The position numbers and the translations under genes were made by a program. From the NCBI GenBank assembly GCA_041615815.1, contig JBFJCP010000017.1, positions 1-64,000 of the forward strand: a stretch of DNA of 64,000 bases, read 5' to 3'. The notes below the pieces were generated by a model. It did no database searches. It was not told where the DNA came from and saw only the letters and a program-made list of their open reading frames with translations. The stretch comes from Gemmatimonadales bacterium (GTDB lineage Bacteria; Gemmatimonadota; Gemmatimonadetes; Gemmatimonadales; GWC2-71-9). Shown here in pieces: positions 7,919 to 16,828 of the stretch (positions are counted from its first letter, which is position 1; the number at the start of each line of letters is the position of its first letter).

Positions 7919-9529
7919 ATGGCGTTCTTGTTGTGGCAGTACTTGAAGGACAGTGCGGAGCGGTACCCGCAGCGCCCCGCAGTCGCGTGGCGTGACACGG
8001 TGCTCTCCTATGCAGAGCTCGATGACCTGAGTACGCGGCTTGCGGTGGCGCTCCGCTCGAGCGGGGTGGGTCCCGGCGCAAGGGTGGCGCTGTACATGCC
8101 GAAGTCGGCGTGGAGCGTCGTGGCCATGCACGGCATCTCCAAGGCCGGCGCGGCATACGTTCCCATCGATCCCAATCAGCCGGGCCGGCGCGCAGCCTTC
8201 ATCATGAAAGATTGCGGTGTGCGGGCGGTCGTGACCACGCATCGCAAGCTGCACCAACTCGTCAGCGTCTTGCCGGAGTTGGAAGCGCTCGAGGCCATCG
8301 TGCTCACCGACGAACACAAGAAGCCACCTCCAGACGTGGGTGCCCGGCGGATTCACCATTGGCGCGACCTGGCGGAGATCGCGGTGGAAGAGCCCCTGGT
8401 GCCGGCCAACGTGGAGACGGACCCAGCGTACCTCCTCTATACCTCGGGATCCACGGGCAATCCCAAAGGTGTGATTCTGAGCCACCGTCACGCGCTGACG
8501 TTCGTCGACTGGGGTGCCGACGCGTTCCACGTGGGTCCGGAGGATCGCCTGTCCAATCACGCACCGCTCCATTTCGACTTGTCGGTGTTTGACATCTACG
8601 TGGCCATGAAGACCGGCGCCTGCGTGGTCATGGTACCTGATGAGGCCAATGCATTCCCAGTACAGCTGGCCGAGTGGATCGAACGCCAAGGCATCACTGT
8701 CTGGTACTCCGTGCCTTCCGCGCTCATCAGGATGTTGCTGCATGGCAATCTGGACCGATTCGGATACGAGAAGGTGCGCACGGTGCTCTATGCCGGTGAG
8801 CCCTTCCCGGTGAAATACCTCCGGGATGTCATGGCGAGATTTCCCGCCGCGACGTTCTACAACCTCTATGGCCCAACGGAGACCAACGTCTGCACCTACC
8901 TCCCGGTGCCGGATCCCATCCCGGCGGAGATGGCGGACATTCCGATTGGACGCGCCTGTGCCAACACCGAGGTCTTTGCCGTGAGTGCTGAGGGTCACGT
9001 CATTGGCCCGGGGGAGGAAGGCGAACTCTATGTGCGGGGTCCCACCGTGTTGCTGGGGTACTGGGGGCTACCCGAGAAGACCGAACAGGTGCTCGTCTCC
9101 AACCCGTTCCAATCTGCGTACCAGGAACCGGCCTACCGTACCGGTGACATCGTCCGTCTCGAGAAGGATGGCTCGTATGTGTTCGTGGGCCGCAAGGACC
9201 ACATGGTGAAGTCGCGGGGCTATCGTATCGAACTCGGCGAAATCGAACAGGCGCTCTACCAGCACGAAGGGGTTCGGGAGGCGGTCGTGGTGGCCATCCC
9301 GGATGACGAAGTGGGTGCGCGTCTCAAGGCCGTCATCGTGGCCCACGAAGGGGTGACCCTCTCGCGCAACGAGTTACAAACGTTTTGTCTGGACCGTCTG
9401 CCGCGGTACATGGTGCCTGAGTACTATGACTTCTTGGATAAGCTGCCGCGCACGTCGACGGGGAAGGTGGATCGGGTGACCTTGGCTACAGACGCCGCGG
9501 CAGAACCGGAGCGTGTGCCGACGAGCTGA
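7919..9529 (+). CDS. Stand-alone amino acid adenylation enzyme; L-prolyl-AMP ligase-like (PltF/RedM/CloN4 type)
   Basis: YTSGSTGNPKG, HFDLSVFDIY, WYSVPS, LYAGE, NLYGPTETNVC, YRTGD, GYRIELGEIE and LPRTSTGKVDR. Confidence 0.85.
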   Translation: MAFLLWQYLKDSAERYPQRPAVAWRDTVLSYAELDDLSTRLAVALRSSGVGPGARVALYMPKSAWSVVAMHGISKAGAAYVPIDPNQPGRRAAFIMKDCGVRAVVTTHRKLHQLVSVLPELEALEAIVLTDEHKKPPPDVGARRIHHWRDLAEIAVEEPLVPANVETDPAYLLYTSGSTGNPKGVILSHRHALTFVDWGADAFHVGPEDRLSNHAPLHFDLSVFDIYVAMKTGACVVMVPDEANAFPVQLAEWIERQGITVWYSVPSALIRMLLHGNLDRFGYEKVRTVLYAGEPFPVKYLRDVMARFPAATFYNLYGPTETNVCTYLPVPDPIPAEMADIPIGRACANTEVFAVSAEGHVIGPGEEGELYVRGPTVLLGYWGLPEKTEQVLVSNPFQSAYQEPAYRTGDIVRLEKDGSYVFVGRKDHMVKSRGYRIELGEIEQALYQHEGVREAVVVAIPDDEVGARLKAVIVAHEGVTLSRNELQTFCLDRLPRYMVPEYYDFLDKLPRTSTGKVDRVTLATDAAAEPERVPTS

Positions 9530-9578
9530 TCCCCGGACAGGCGCTGCCCGGCGGACGGGCGCGTAGGAGGCAACAAAG

Positions 9579-9610
9579 GCGGCGACCGACGTGTGGGCGA
9601 CGGTCGCCGC
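9579..9610. terminator. Stem-loop between convergent genes, possibly bidirectional terminator
   Basis: GCGGCGACCG-N12-CGGTCGCCGC. Confidence 0.55.
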
Positions 9611-9658
9611 TCGCGTTTGGTCGCGTCCCGGCAGCCGACTCCGGGGGCGCCGCGCGGT

Positions 9659-9910
9659 CTAGGCCGCTGCCTTTGTTTCGATGAAGCGCTCGATTGCCGT
9701 CAGCGTGTCGAGATTGTCCGCCACGATGTCGTGCGGTGCCACGCTGATGCTGAACTCCTGCTCCAGGAATGACACCAGCTTGAGCGAGGCGATGGAGTCG
9801 AGCAGGCCCGAGGAGAAGAGCTGCGTTTCTTCGGTCAGCTCGTCCGGATCCTCACCTGGCAAGAACTCCTCGAGAATGAACTGCTTCACGGTCTGCTTCG
9901 TGTCTGGCAT
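9659..9910 (-). CDS. Acyl/peptidyl carrier protein
   Basis: 83 aa and acidic, with the GLLDSI phosphopantetheine Ser motif and a GGAGGAG SD upstream. Confidence 0.88.
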   Translation of the reverse strand: MPDTKQTVKQFILEEFLPGEDPDELTEETQLFSSGLLDSIASLKLVSFLEQEFSISVAPHDIVADNLDTLTAIERFIETKAAA

Positions 9911-12569
9911 GGGATAATGCTCCTCCCGTGAGGGTCGAAATGGCCGTGCGATCGGCGAACAACGCGGCCGACAATGTCGGGTCGGCGTGCTCCAGCGCGT
10001 CGTACAAGCGATCCGCGATCAGCCGATGTGCTGCCGCATTGGGGTGTCCGTCCCACTCGGCGATCCAGAACGACTTGAGGTCGTGGCCGTCGAATACGCC
10101 GGACAGGTCGAGGGTGACGAACCCGGCTTCTTGAGCGAGTCGAAACAGGTTGGCGACCCGCGGATCGGATTGATCCGCGGCGGCGCCGGGGCGTGTCGCA
10201 CTCCCGAAACAGAAAGCGGAGCGCTCTGGTGGACAGGGTCGATCCGCGCCGGGGGTCGGCATCGGCAGGAAGACCCACACCGGAACGATCTCCCGAGCGC
10301 GCGCGTCGGCGACGACCTTCCGGTACGCCCAGCTCATGAGCTCGCTCTCCAACGGCACGAGACGACGGGCGACCTCGTTGTGATTCATGCCCACCCGCAC
10401 GCCCGCCCGATCCAGCAGCGTTTGTAGCTCTGGATAGATGATCTCCGACGAATCCGTCATGCGGCGCGCCACGTCCTCGATGGCCTTGGCGGCACTGACC
10501 TCGTGGTCCACGTAGAACACGGCGTCGGGATCGAAAGGCAAGGCCTTTGCTTCGAAGACGCGTACTAGCGACGGGGCACCGTACGCCTCCGAGGCGAGAT
10601 TGAGGATCTCGTAGACGCGCGTGCCATTGGATTGCTCGTTGAGGCGCTCCTCCACCAGGGACTCGAAGGTCTCGTTGTCCGCCACTCCCGAGCCGAGCAC
10701 CGGGGAGGCCCCGAGCATCGCCACCCGGAAGGTGTTGTCCGGCTTGCTGAGGGTGTAGTCCCGATCCCGCATGCCCCACTGGTTCGTCGTGAACGGTGCG
10801 CTCTTGTACACGATGTGCGTGGATGGCACCAATTCGGTTCGCAGGAAGTCGTCTGTGTTTCGGAGGGCCTCGGTCTCCCAGAGATCTCGCCAATCGGAAG
10901 GGCGCTTGGCGTACAGTTTCCACAACTCGGGATTGAACCGCTCCACGCCAAGGAGGTTCTCGTAGTAGCCTCGCTCCAAGAGGGCCTGATCCTGGCGGTT
11001 GAGACGCGGCTCACGGAGCGACAGCATCGTCGTCGCGACCGGCGAGTCGATTCTGGTGAGTACGCGTGGATGGCCCATCACCAGCAGGCCCACGAGCAAC
11101 ACCGTGGTCCAAACCGGCGATTGCCTGAGCACCGTCAAACGATGCCACACCGCGGCTGGGCTCATGCTGGTCTTGGTCTCTTGGGGCTCGGACCCCGAAC
11201 CCGTTCGCACCGTGGTGCCGACGGCCACGCCCAGGACGACGATGACGGGGCCCAAGCCTTCGAGCGCGAGGTCACCGCGTCCGAAGACCTTCCATAGGGC
11301 GAGCCATTCGCCCACCGAGTCGGATTGCCAGAGCGACCAGAGTACGCAAAGCACCGTGAATGTCGCCGCCGTCTTGAGCGCCTTCACCGTGAACTCCCCT
11401 GGCGTCATGCCCTTTTTGCCCAGCCGGCGTTTCCGTCCCTTCTTGGCCTCCCACACGGCATTGATCACCACGAACACGGCGAGGATGGTCCAGAACACGG
11501 CATCGGGCGTGGACAAGACGAACGATCCCCGGATCCAATACCACTGGTACGAATGCAGCACCATGGTCGCGACGAACACGACGAGCGTGGCGAGGATGAG
11601 CGCGGCGGTTCCCCCGAAGCGTCTCAGCCAGAAGAAGCTCGGGTAGTAGAAGATCTTCATCATGAAGTCTTTCCAATAGATGTTGATCCGCCGCCAATAG
11701 TCCGTGAAGCTCGACGCGAGGAAATACAGGTGATGCGTCTCGGGGAGGTTGAACCCGAACAGGTGCATCATGCCGATGAAGAGGTGGAACAGTCCCGAGA
11801 TGCGCAGATAGAGCATGTAGTTCGTGACAACGAACTGCACGAAGTCACCCGCGGTTTGTACCTGTTCGGGCGCAAGCGTCAGGTAGTAATAGACGAAGCG
11901 ATAGAGAATGAGATGGACGACCCCGCGGAACATCCACGTGACGCCCTTCTGATAGATCGCGTACTCCTCTTCGTTGTAGTAGGTGCGCCGGAACGTGCGG
12001 TAGTCCACCACCGGAAACAGCGGCGCCACCACGTTGGGCAGCATGAAGAAGTACGACAAGGTGGACGACGGGGTCAGCAACGACTTGTCGTGCCGCAGGT
12101 CGTACATGTAAATGAGGAGTCGGAACATGAACATGGACCCCAGGATGGGCCAAATGGCCCCGGTCCAGGGGGCCGGGATCCAGGTCTCGCGAAACGCGAC
12201 GAGGGAGACACCCGCTCCCAACAGCAACGTGACCCGCGTCCAGTACGAGAGCGGAAGGTGACAGATCCCGATCAGCACGAGCCCCACGGCGATCAGCCAG
12301 AGTCCCGCCTCGATCCCCATGACCACCGCAATCCCTGTGAGCGACAGCAGCGCAAAGAAGGGGAGTCGTTGTCGCAGGGGGAGCAGGGAGTGGATGACGA
12401 AGCCGACGAACGCGAGGAACGTCACGTAGACGAAGGATCCGCTCTCGAGCTGGTATTGCCGGACGGCCACAACCAGCAACGCGAGCGGAATCACCACCCC
12501 CAACCACCGGCCCACCGCCGCCCGCATGTCTTCGGCCAACCACCGTTCCCTGGCAACGCCAACAGCCAT
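9852..12569 (-). CDS. MBOAT acyltransferase (AlgI/DltB-like) fused to a C-terminal SGNH-like domain (AlgJ/DltD-like)
   Basis: Multi-TM N-half with GFNLPE, SFTDYWRRINIYW and VLHSYQW (MBOAT His). C-terminal domain has TNQWGMRD, RVAMLGAS and DGHPNAAAH. GGAGG SD present. Confidence 0.82.
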   Translation of the reverse strand: MAVGVARERWLAEDMRAAVGRWLGVVIPLALLVVAVRQYQLESGSFVYVTFLAFVGFVIHSLLPLRQRLPFFALLSLTGIAVVMGIEAGLWLIAVGLVLIGICHLPLSYWTRVTLLLGAGVSLVAFRETWIPAPWTGAIWPILGSMFMFRLLIYMYDLRHDKSLLTPSSTLSYFFMLPNVVAPLFPVVDYRTFRRTYYNEEEYAIYQKGVTWMFRGVVHLILYRFVYYYLTLAPEQVQTAGDFVQFVVTNYMLYLRISGLFHLFIGMMHLFGFNLPETHHLYFLASSFTDYWRRINIYWKDFMMKIFYYPSFFWLRRFGGTAALILATLVVFVATMVLHSYQWYWIRGSFVLSTPDAVFWTILAVFVVINAVWEAKKGRKRRLGKKGMTPGEFTVKALKTAATFTVLCVLWSLWQSDSVGEWLALWKVFGRGDLALEGLGPVIVVLGVAVGTTVRTGSGSEPQETKTSMSPAAVWHRLTVLRQSPVWTTVLLVGLLVMGHPRVLTRIDSPVATTMLSLREPRLNRQDQALLERGYYENLLGVERFNPELWKLYAKRPSDWRDLWETEALRNTDDFLRTELVPSTHIVYKSAPFTTNQWGMRDRDYTLSKPDNTFRVAMLGASPVLGSGVADNETFESLVEERLNEQSNGTRVYEILNLASEAYGAPSLVRVFEAKALPFDPDAVFYVDHEVSAAKAIEDVARRMTDSSEIIYPELQTLLDRAGVRVGMNHNEVARRLVPLESELMSWAYRKVVADARAREIVPVWVFLPMPTPGADRPCPPERSAFCFGSATRPGAAADQSDPRVANLFRLAQEAGFVTLDLSGVFDGHDLKSFWIAEWDGHPNAAAHRLIADRLYDALEHADPTLSAALFADRTAISTLTGGALSHARHEADREAVHSRGVLAR

Positions 12570-12695
12570 CTAGCCTCCCAATTGCTCCACGTCAGACGTC
12601 ATCGCGCGAACGCCTGTGGGGATATCAGGATCCGGGCCACCACCGAGGGACAATCGGGGCTCCCCCGAAGCGTGTACGGGCCACCGGAATGAACA

Positions 12696-12720
12696 TAAGT
12701 AGTTATATTTAAATAAGTTA
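12696..12720. promoter_or_regulatory. 25-bp IHF-like quasi-palindrome
   Basis: TAAGTAGTTATATTTAAATAAGTTA. Confidence 0.5.
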
Positions 12721-12771
12721 CGATATTGCACGAAAATGTGGTGACGGAGCGTCCGTTTGCTCGATGGCTGG

Positions 12772-12789
12772 TGTTGCGACGATGCCACA
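12772..12789. promoter_or_regulatory. Candidate enhancer upstream of MBOAT-carrier operon
   Basis: TGTTGC-gacgat-GCCACA. Confidence 0.5.
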
Positions 12790-12802
12790 ATCGGCTCCGC
12801 CC

Positions 12803-13981
12803 TCATCGTGCTCTCGGTCCCACGGAGTCTCGGGCGGGGACTCGCGCAAGCGGCTGCTCGCTGGCCGGAAGCACGTCACGATAGAACTCCAGGTACCGGT
12901 CCGCCATGCGGCCGGCGGTGAATCCGTCGAGAAACCGCGCACGCGCTGCGCTGGCGAGCGTGTGACGGAGCGGAGGATTACCAAGGACGCGCTCGAGCGC
13001 CTCGGCGAGACGGTCGACATCGTTGGGCGGGACGAGAATCGCCTCGGACTCGTCACGCGCGATCGCGGGGATCGATCCCACCTCGGTGGCGACAATGGGC
13101 ACCGCGCACGACATGGCCTCCAACACGGAGATGGGCATGCCCTCGGTTTGAGAGGGTAGGACGAAGCAATCGCAGCGTCGGAGCAGACTCGGGACATCCT
13201 CGACAAAGCCCAGAAACTCCACGCGATCCCCCAAACCGAGCGCCGCGCACTGTCGCTCGAGCGCTTCGCGAAACGGGCCCTCACCGGCGAGGAGGAGGCG
13301 GATGTCGGGGAACGGTTTCGCCAGCCGGTGCAACGCGTCGAGCAGCACGTGGACATTCTTCTTGCGAATGAGACGGCCCACACACAGCAAGACGGGCCCT
13401 GCCCGCGGATGCGCGGCGCGGGGCTGGTCGTTGGCCCGGTCGGCGATCCCATTCGGGATGACCCGGACGCGGTCGGAGGGCACGCCGCGGTCCATCAGCT
13501 CCAGGCGCACGGGCTCGGACACGGCAACGATGCCGCGGAGCCGCCGCAGGATCTGGCTCTCGAAGCGCACGATCGAGCTTGAGACATGGACGTCGTGGGC
13601 GGCGTGGGTGTGAAACGTGGCAACGGCCGGCGCGCGCCGGGCCACCGCGTAGGTCCCGGCCACGATGGTGGCTTTGTAGCCGTGAAAGTGCATGACCCGC
13701 GGCGATGCGGAGCGGAGGATCTTGCGCAGGCGAAGGAGCCCCTTGGGCGAGATCCGACCCGCGAGCCCGGCATACGAGACGGGAACACCCAGGGCGGCAG
13801 CGGCCTGGCCCAGGGCGTGGCCGGGTCCGTGCGCGGATCCCAAACACACCAAGGCGGCAGGGCAGCCCCGCGCGCGGAGCGCCGGCAGCAGATCCAATAG
13901 CATGCGTTCGATGCCGTAGAGCCCGCCGCTGGCCACCAGATGCACGATGGCGCCGGGATTAGGGGCTGAATCCGATGTCAC
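12803..13981 (-). CDS. Glycosyltransferase family 4 (GT-B)
   Basis: YGIER, VGRLIRKKN and FVLPSQTEGMPISVLEAM (E-X7-E). Confidence 0.9.
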   Translation of the reverse strand: MTSDSAPNPGAIVHLVASGGLYGIERMLLDLLPALRARGCPAALVCLGSAHGPGHALGQAAAALGVPVSYAGLAGRISPKGLLRLRKILRSASPRVMHFHGYKATIVAGTYAVARRAPAVATFHTHAAHDVHVSSSIVRFESQILRRLRGIVAVSEPVRLELMDRGVPSDRVRVIPNGIADRANDQPRAAHPRAGPVLLCVGRLIRKKNVHVLLDALHRLAKPFPDIRLLLAGEGPFREALERQCAALGLGDRVEFLGFVEDVPSLLRRCDCFVLPSQTEGMPISVLEAMSCAVPIVATEVGSIPAIARDESEAILVPPNDVDRLAEALERVLGNPPLRHTLASAARARFLDGFTAGRMADRYLEFYRDVLPASEQPLARVPARDSVGPRAR

Positions 13982-15095
13982 TGTCGCCGTGGCTCAGATG
14001 CCATTGCCGCTCATCATAGACCAGGTCCTGGAGCGCATCGTCGCCTTTCCATAACATCCAGGCGGGGCGATCGAGTCCGCGCGGTCTGAAATACAGGTAG
14101 CGCTGCACGCGCCGCCGGAGGCTGGGATGGAGTCCGAGGCACGAGATGATGGCCGCGTCGTGTGCGGCAAACTGATCCACGGCCGCCGCCACCAACGTGT
14201 CTACCATTTCAGGGGTGTTGGGATCGCCAAAGAGGTCCATAATGCGGCCCACGCGCATCCCACGACGATCGACCAGGCGAAGCGCAACGTAGCCGGCCAC
14301 CTGGCCAGTGGGATTCCGGGCCATCATCACACGGTGATCGAACACGGGGTCGTCGAGGAAGCGCCATTGCACGAAGCTCGCATCACGGACCGCGATGAGC
14401 GGGAAGCGGTCTTTGAGCTCGAGCCAGAGAGCGTCGAATTCGGGCCCGGCGTGTTCGACCATGTGGGCGGTCCACCCGGATGGGATTCGCGGCGCCCGGG
14501 TTCGATTCAGCGCCGCCGCGGCCCCGTCCATGAGCGGCCCCACGAGCGGACGCATCCACGCCAATGGCGCGCGGGCGAACGCCCTGGGTATCCGGGGCGA
14601 TCGTTGCACGTACCGCAGGACCGCGCTCGGACGAATCGGCCGGTAGTAGAATGGGACCGCGTGCAGCGGCTGGTAGCCGACGCGGCCGCGGATTCGGCCA
14701 TTGGCCGGCGCATAGGCCAGGGCATTCGACAACGGGTTGGGAAACTCGTCATACGCACGGACGAGCCGCTCGCCAATGCCCAAGCGGCGCGTCCGCGATG
14801 AGACGATGAGATCGCAGTCGTGATAAATGATGGTCTCGAGGTCACCGAACTTCATACGCGTGGGAAACGAGGCGAGAAATCCTACCACGGCGCCGTCCAG
14901 GTCCGCCACCCAGAGGTGGGAAGCCACCCGTCGGTTCACGGGATTCTCGAAGAACTGCCAGCGCCAGCGTCGTCGGAAGAGCTTGAGCGCTTGGTCGCCA
15001 AAGACCTCGCCATAGAGAGCGAACACACCGTCGTAGTCCGCCTCGGTGCAGCTTCGAATCTCCACCGATGGAACTGCCGTGGTCGTCGTTTTCAC
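13959..15095 (-). CDS. GNAT-family N-acyltransferase, polysaccharide-locus type (start 15095 or 15185)
   Basis: WRWQFFENP, VSSRTRRLGIGERL (motif A) and a second GNAT-like half with RDASFVQWRF. Confidence 0.75.
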   Translation of the reverse strand: MKTTTTAVPSVEIRSCTEADYDGVFALYGEVFGDQALKLFRRRWRWQFFENPVNRRVASHLWVADLDGAVVGFLASFPTRMKFGDLETIIYHDCDLIVSSRTRRLGIGERLVRAYDEFPNPLSNALAYAPANGRIRGRVGYQPLHAVPFYYRPIRPSAVLRYVQRSPRIPRAFARAPLAWMRPLVGPLMDGAAAALNRTRAPRIPSGWTAHMVEHAGPEFDALWLELKDRFPLIAVRDASFVQWRFLDDPVFDHRVMMARNPTGQVAGYVALRLVDRRGMRVGRIMDLFGDPNTPEMVDTLVAAAVDQFAAHDAAIISCLGLHPSLRRRVQRYLYFRPRGLDRPAWMLWKGDDALQDLVYDERQWHLSHGDSDIGFSP

Positions 15096-15259
15096 TCCTC
15101 GTTCCCGAGGTTGAAGTCGGCATCCGGCACTGCCGCCCAGACGGGGACGCGGGCCGGTCGCCGGAATAGGATATGCGGTAGCCACGCCGCGGGCCCACGG
15201 TACAGCAGGCCGCGGGGCGCCGGCGTGCGCTCAGTCACAGACCGTCGCGGCCTCCGGGT

Positions 15260-15387
15260 CGCAAGAGCCGTGCAGTCCGACGATACTTCGTGAAGTGGTT
15301 TTGGGAAAGCGAGTTACGAGCCGGTGGACACAGAGACCTCGATTCGGATTCCCGGCCGGCAACCGACAGTGTTGTCTGCTTGCAACA
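15260..15387 (-). promoter_or_regulatory. Sigma-54-like promoter (degenerate -24), IHF-like site and enhancer for the GNAT-GT4 operon
   Basis: Minus-strand CTGCACGGCTCTTGCG at 15260-15275, GAAGTGGTTTTGGGAAAGCGAGTTA at 15292-15316, and TGTTGT-ctgctt-GCAACA at 15370-15387. Confidence 0.45.
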
Positions 15388-15421
15388 GTCCTGGCACCGA
15401 GGGAACGACGGCGGTGTCGTG

Positions 15422-16621
15422 GTGAACCTCGGATGGAGCTTCGTGGGGGTGGGCTTGGCCGTGGCGCTGTACGCCTACGTCGGCTATCCCGCGGTGCTCT
15501 GGCTCCTGGGGAAGATGAAGCGGCCCGCGTCGCGAGTGGCGCACGCGGGTGAGCCGCCGTTGGTCACCGTCACGATTCCGGTCTACAACGAAGCCCACAA
15601 CATCGCGGACGTGCTCGATCGCGTGTTGGCGAGTGACTATCCCAGGGACCGACTGCAAGTGCTGGTCATCTCCGATGCGTCGACGGACGGCACGGACGAG
15701 ATCGTGCGTTCGTACGTGGCACGAGGCGTCGAGCTCGTTCGCTTGAAGCAGCGAGGCGGCAAGACCGCGGCGGAGAACGCATCGCACGAGCATGCGCGCG
15801 GCGAGATCATCGTCAACACCGACGCTTCGGTGCGCATCCACCCCGATGCCATTCGGCACTTGGTAGCCGCCTTCGCCGACCCGACCGTGGGCGTGGCCTC
15901 CGGACGGGACGTGTCGGTGACGCACGCGACGGCGGAACAGACGTCGGGCGAGTCGGGCTATGTGGGATACGAGATGTGGGTTCGGCAGCTCGAGACCGCC
16001 GTGTCTGGTATTGTGGGCGCCTCCGGATGTCTGTTTGCCAACCGAGCCGATCTGCATCGGGAGAGGGTGCCGGCGGAGCTGAGTCGGGATTTTGCCGCGC
16101 CACTGATCGCCCGAGAGCACGGATACCGCGCGGTGTCGGTGCACGAGGCCGTGTGCCACGTTCCCCGTACGGCGTCGCTTCACCGGGAGTACCGCCGCAA
16201 GGTGCGCACGATGACGCGCGGTTTGACGACACTGGCGTTCAAACGCCAGCTGTTGAACCCGTTCCGGTACGGCGGGTTCGCCTGGATGCTCTTCAGCCAC
16301 AAGGTATGCCGGTGGTTGGTGCCGTGGGCTGGCGTGCTTGTGCTCGTGGGATTGGCCGTGTTGGCCGTGACGGCGTTATGGGCGCGGGTGGTCTTGGGAC
16401 TCAGCGCCGCTCTGGCCGTGGTCGCGGGCATCGGATGGCTGTGGCCCAAAGATGCGCGGCTCCCCCGTCTCGTGGCGCTTCCCACCTTCGCCATCGCGGC
16501 CAACGTCGCTGCGCTTCACTCGACGCTGAAAGCGCTCGGGGGTGGCGCGAGCTCGGTCTGGGAGCCGACGAGACGAGAAGCGGACGGACCTCAGATGGAA
16601 AGTCTGAAGGTCGGGAAGTGA
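15422..16621 (+). CDS. Glycosyltransferase family 2, membrane-anchored
   Basis: YAYVGYP TM segment, IPVYNE, SDASTDGT, GGKTAA, NTDAS and EYRRKVR, with C-terminal TMs. Confidence 0.88.
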   Translation: MNLGWSFVGVGLAVALYAYVGYPAVLWLLGKMKRPASRVAHAGEPPLVTVTIPVYNEAHNIADVLDRVLASDYPRDRLQVLVISDASTDGTDEIVRSYVARGVELVRLKQRGGKTAAENASHEHARGEIIVNTDASVRIHPDAIRHLVAAFADPTVGVASGRDVSVTHATAEQTSGESGYVGYEMWVRQLETAVSGIVGASGCLFANRADLHRERVPAELSRDFAAPLIAREHGYRAVSVHEAVCHVPRTASLHREYRRKVRTMTRGLTTLAFKRQLLNPFRYGGFAWMLFSHKVCRWLVPWAGVLVLVGLAVLAVTALWARVVLGLSAALAVVAGIGWLWPKDARLPRLVALPTFAIAANVAALHSTLKALGGGASSVWEPTRREADGPQMESLKVGK

Positions 16622-16828
16622 AGGCGTCGGCACGCGGCAGGTTGGTCTAGCGGTCCGTCCTTCAGACCTCCCTCTTCCAACCTCCCAGCGTGCAAGACCT
16701 CCCATCCGCTCGCCCTCCGTCCCTACACAAACAACGCGGCCAGTCCGGCGGCGAGAAGTGGGAGGGACTCTCGCGAGCAACAGGCCTGGACTGGCCGGGT
16801 TGGTTTCAGTACGCTGCGCTGGCTTGTG

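Noticed and set aside
7919..12569. Interpretation as an ordinary dltABCD D-alanylation operon
   Set aside because: The A-domain pocket looks Pro-type, and the linked dehydrogenase and halogenase have no role in D-alanylation.
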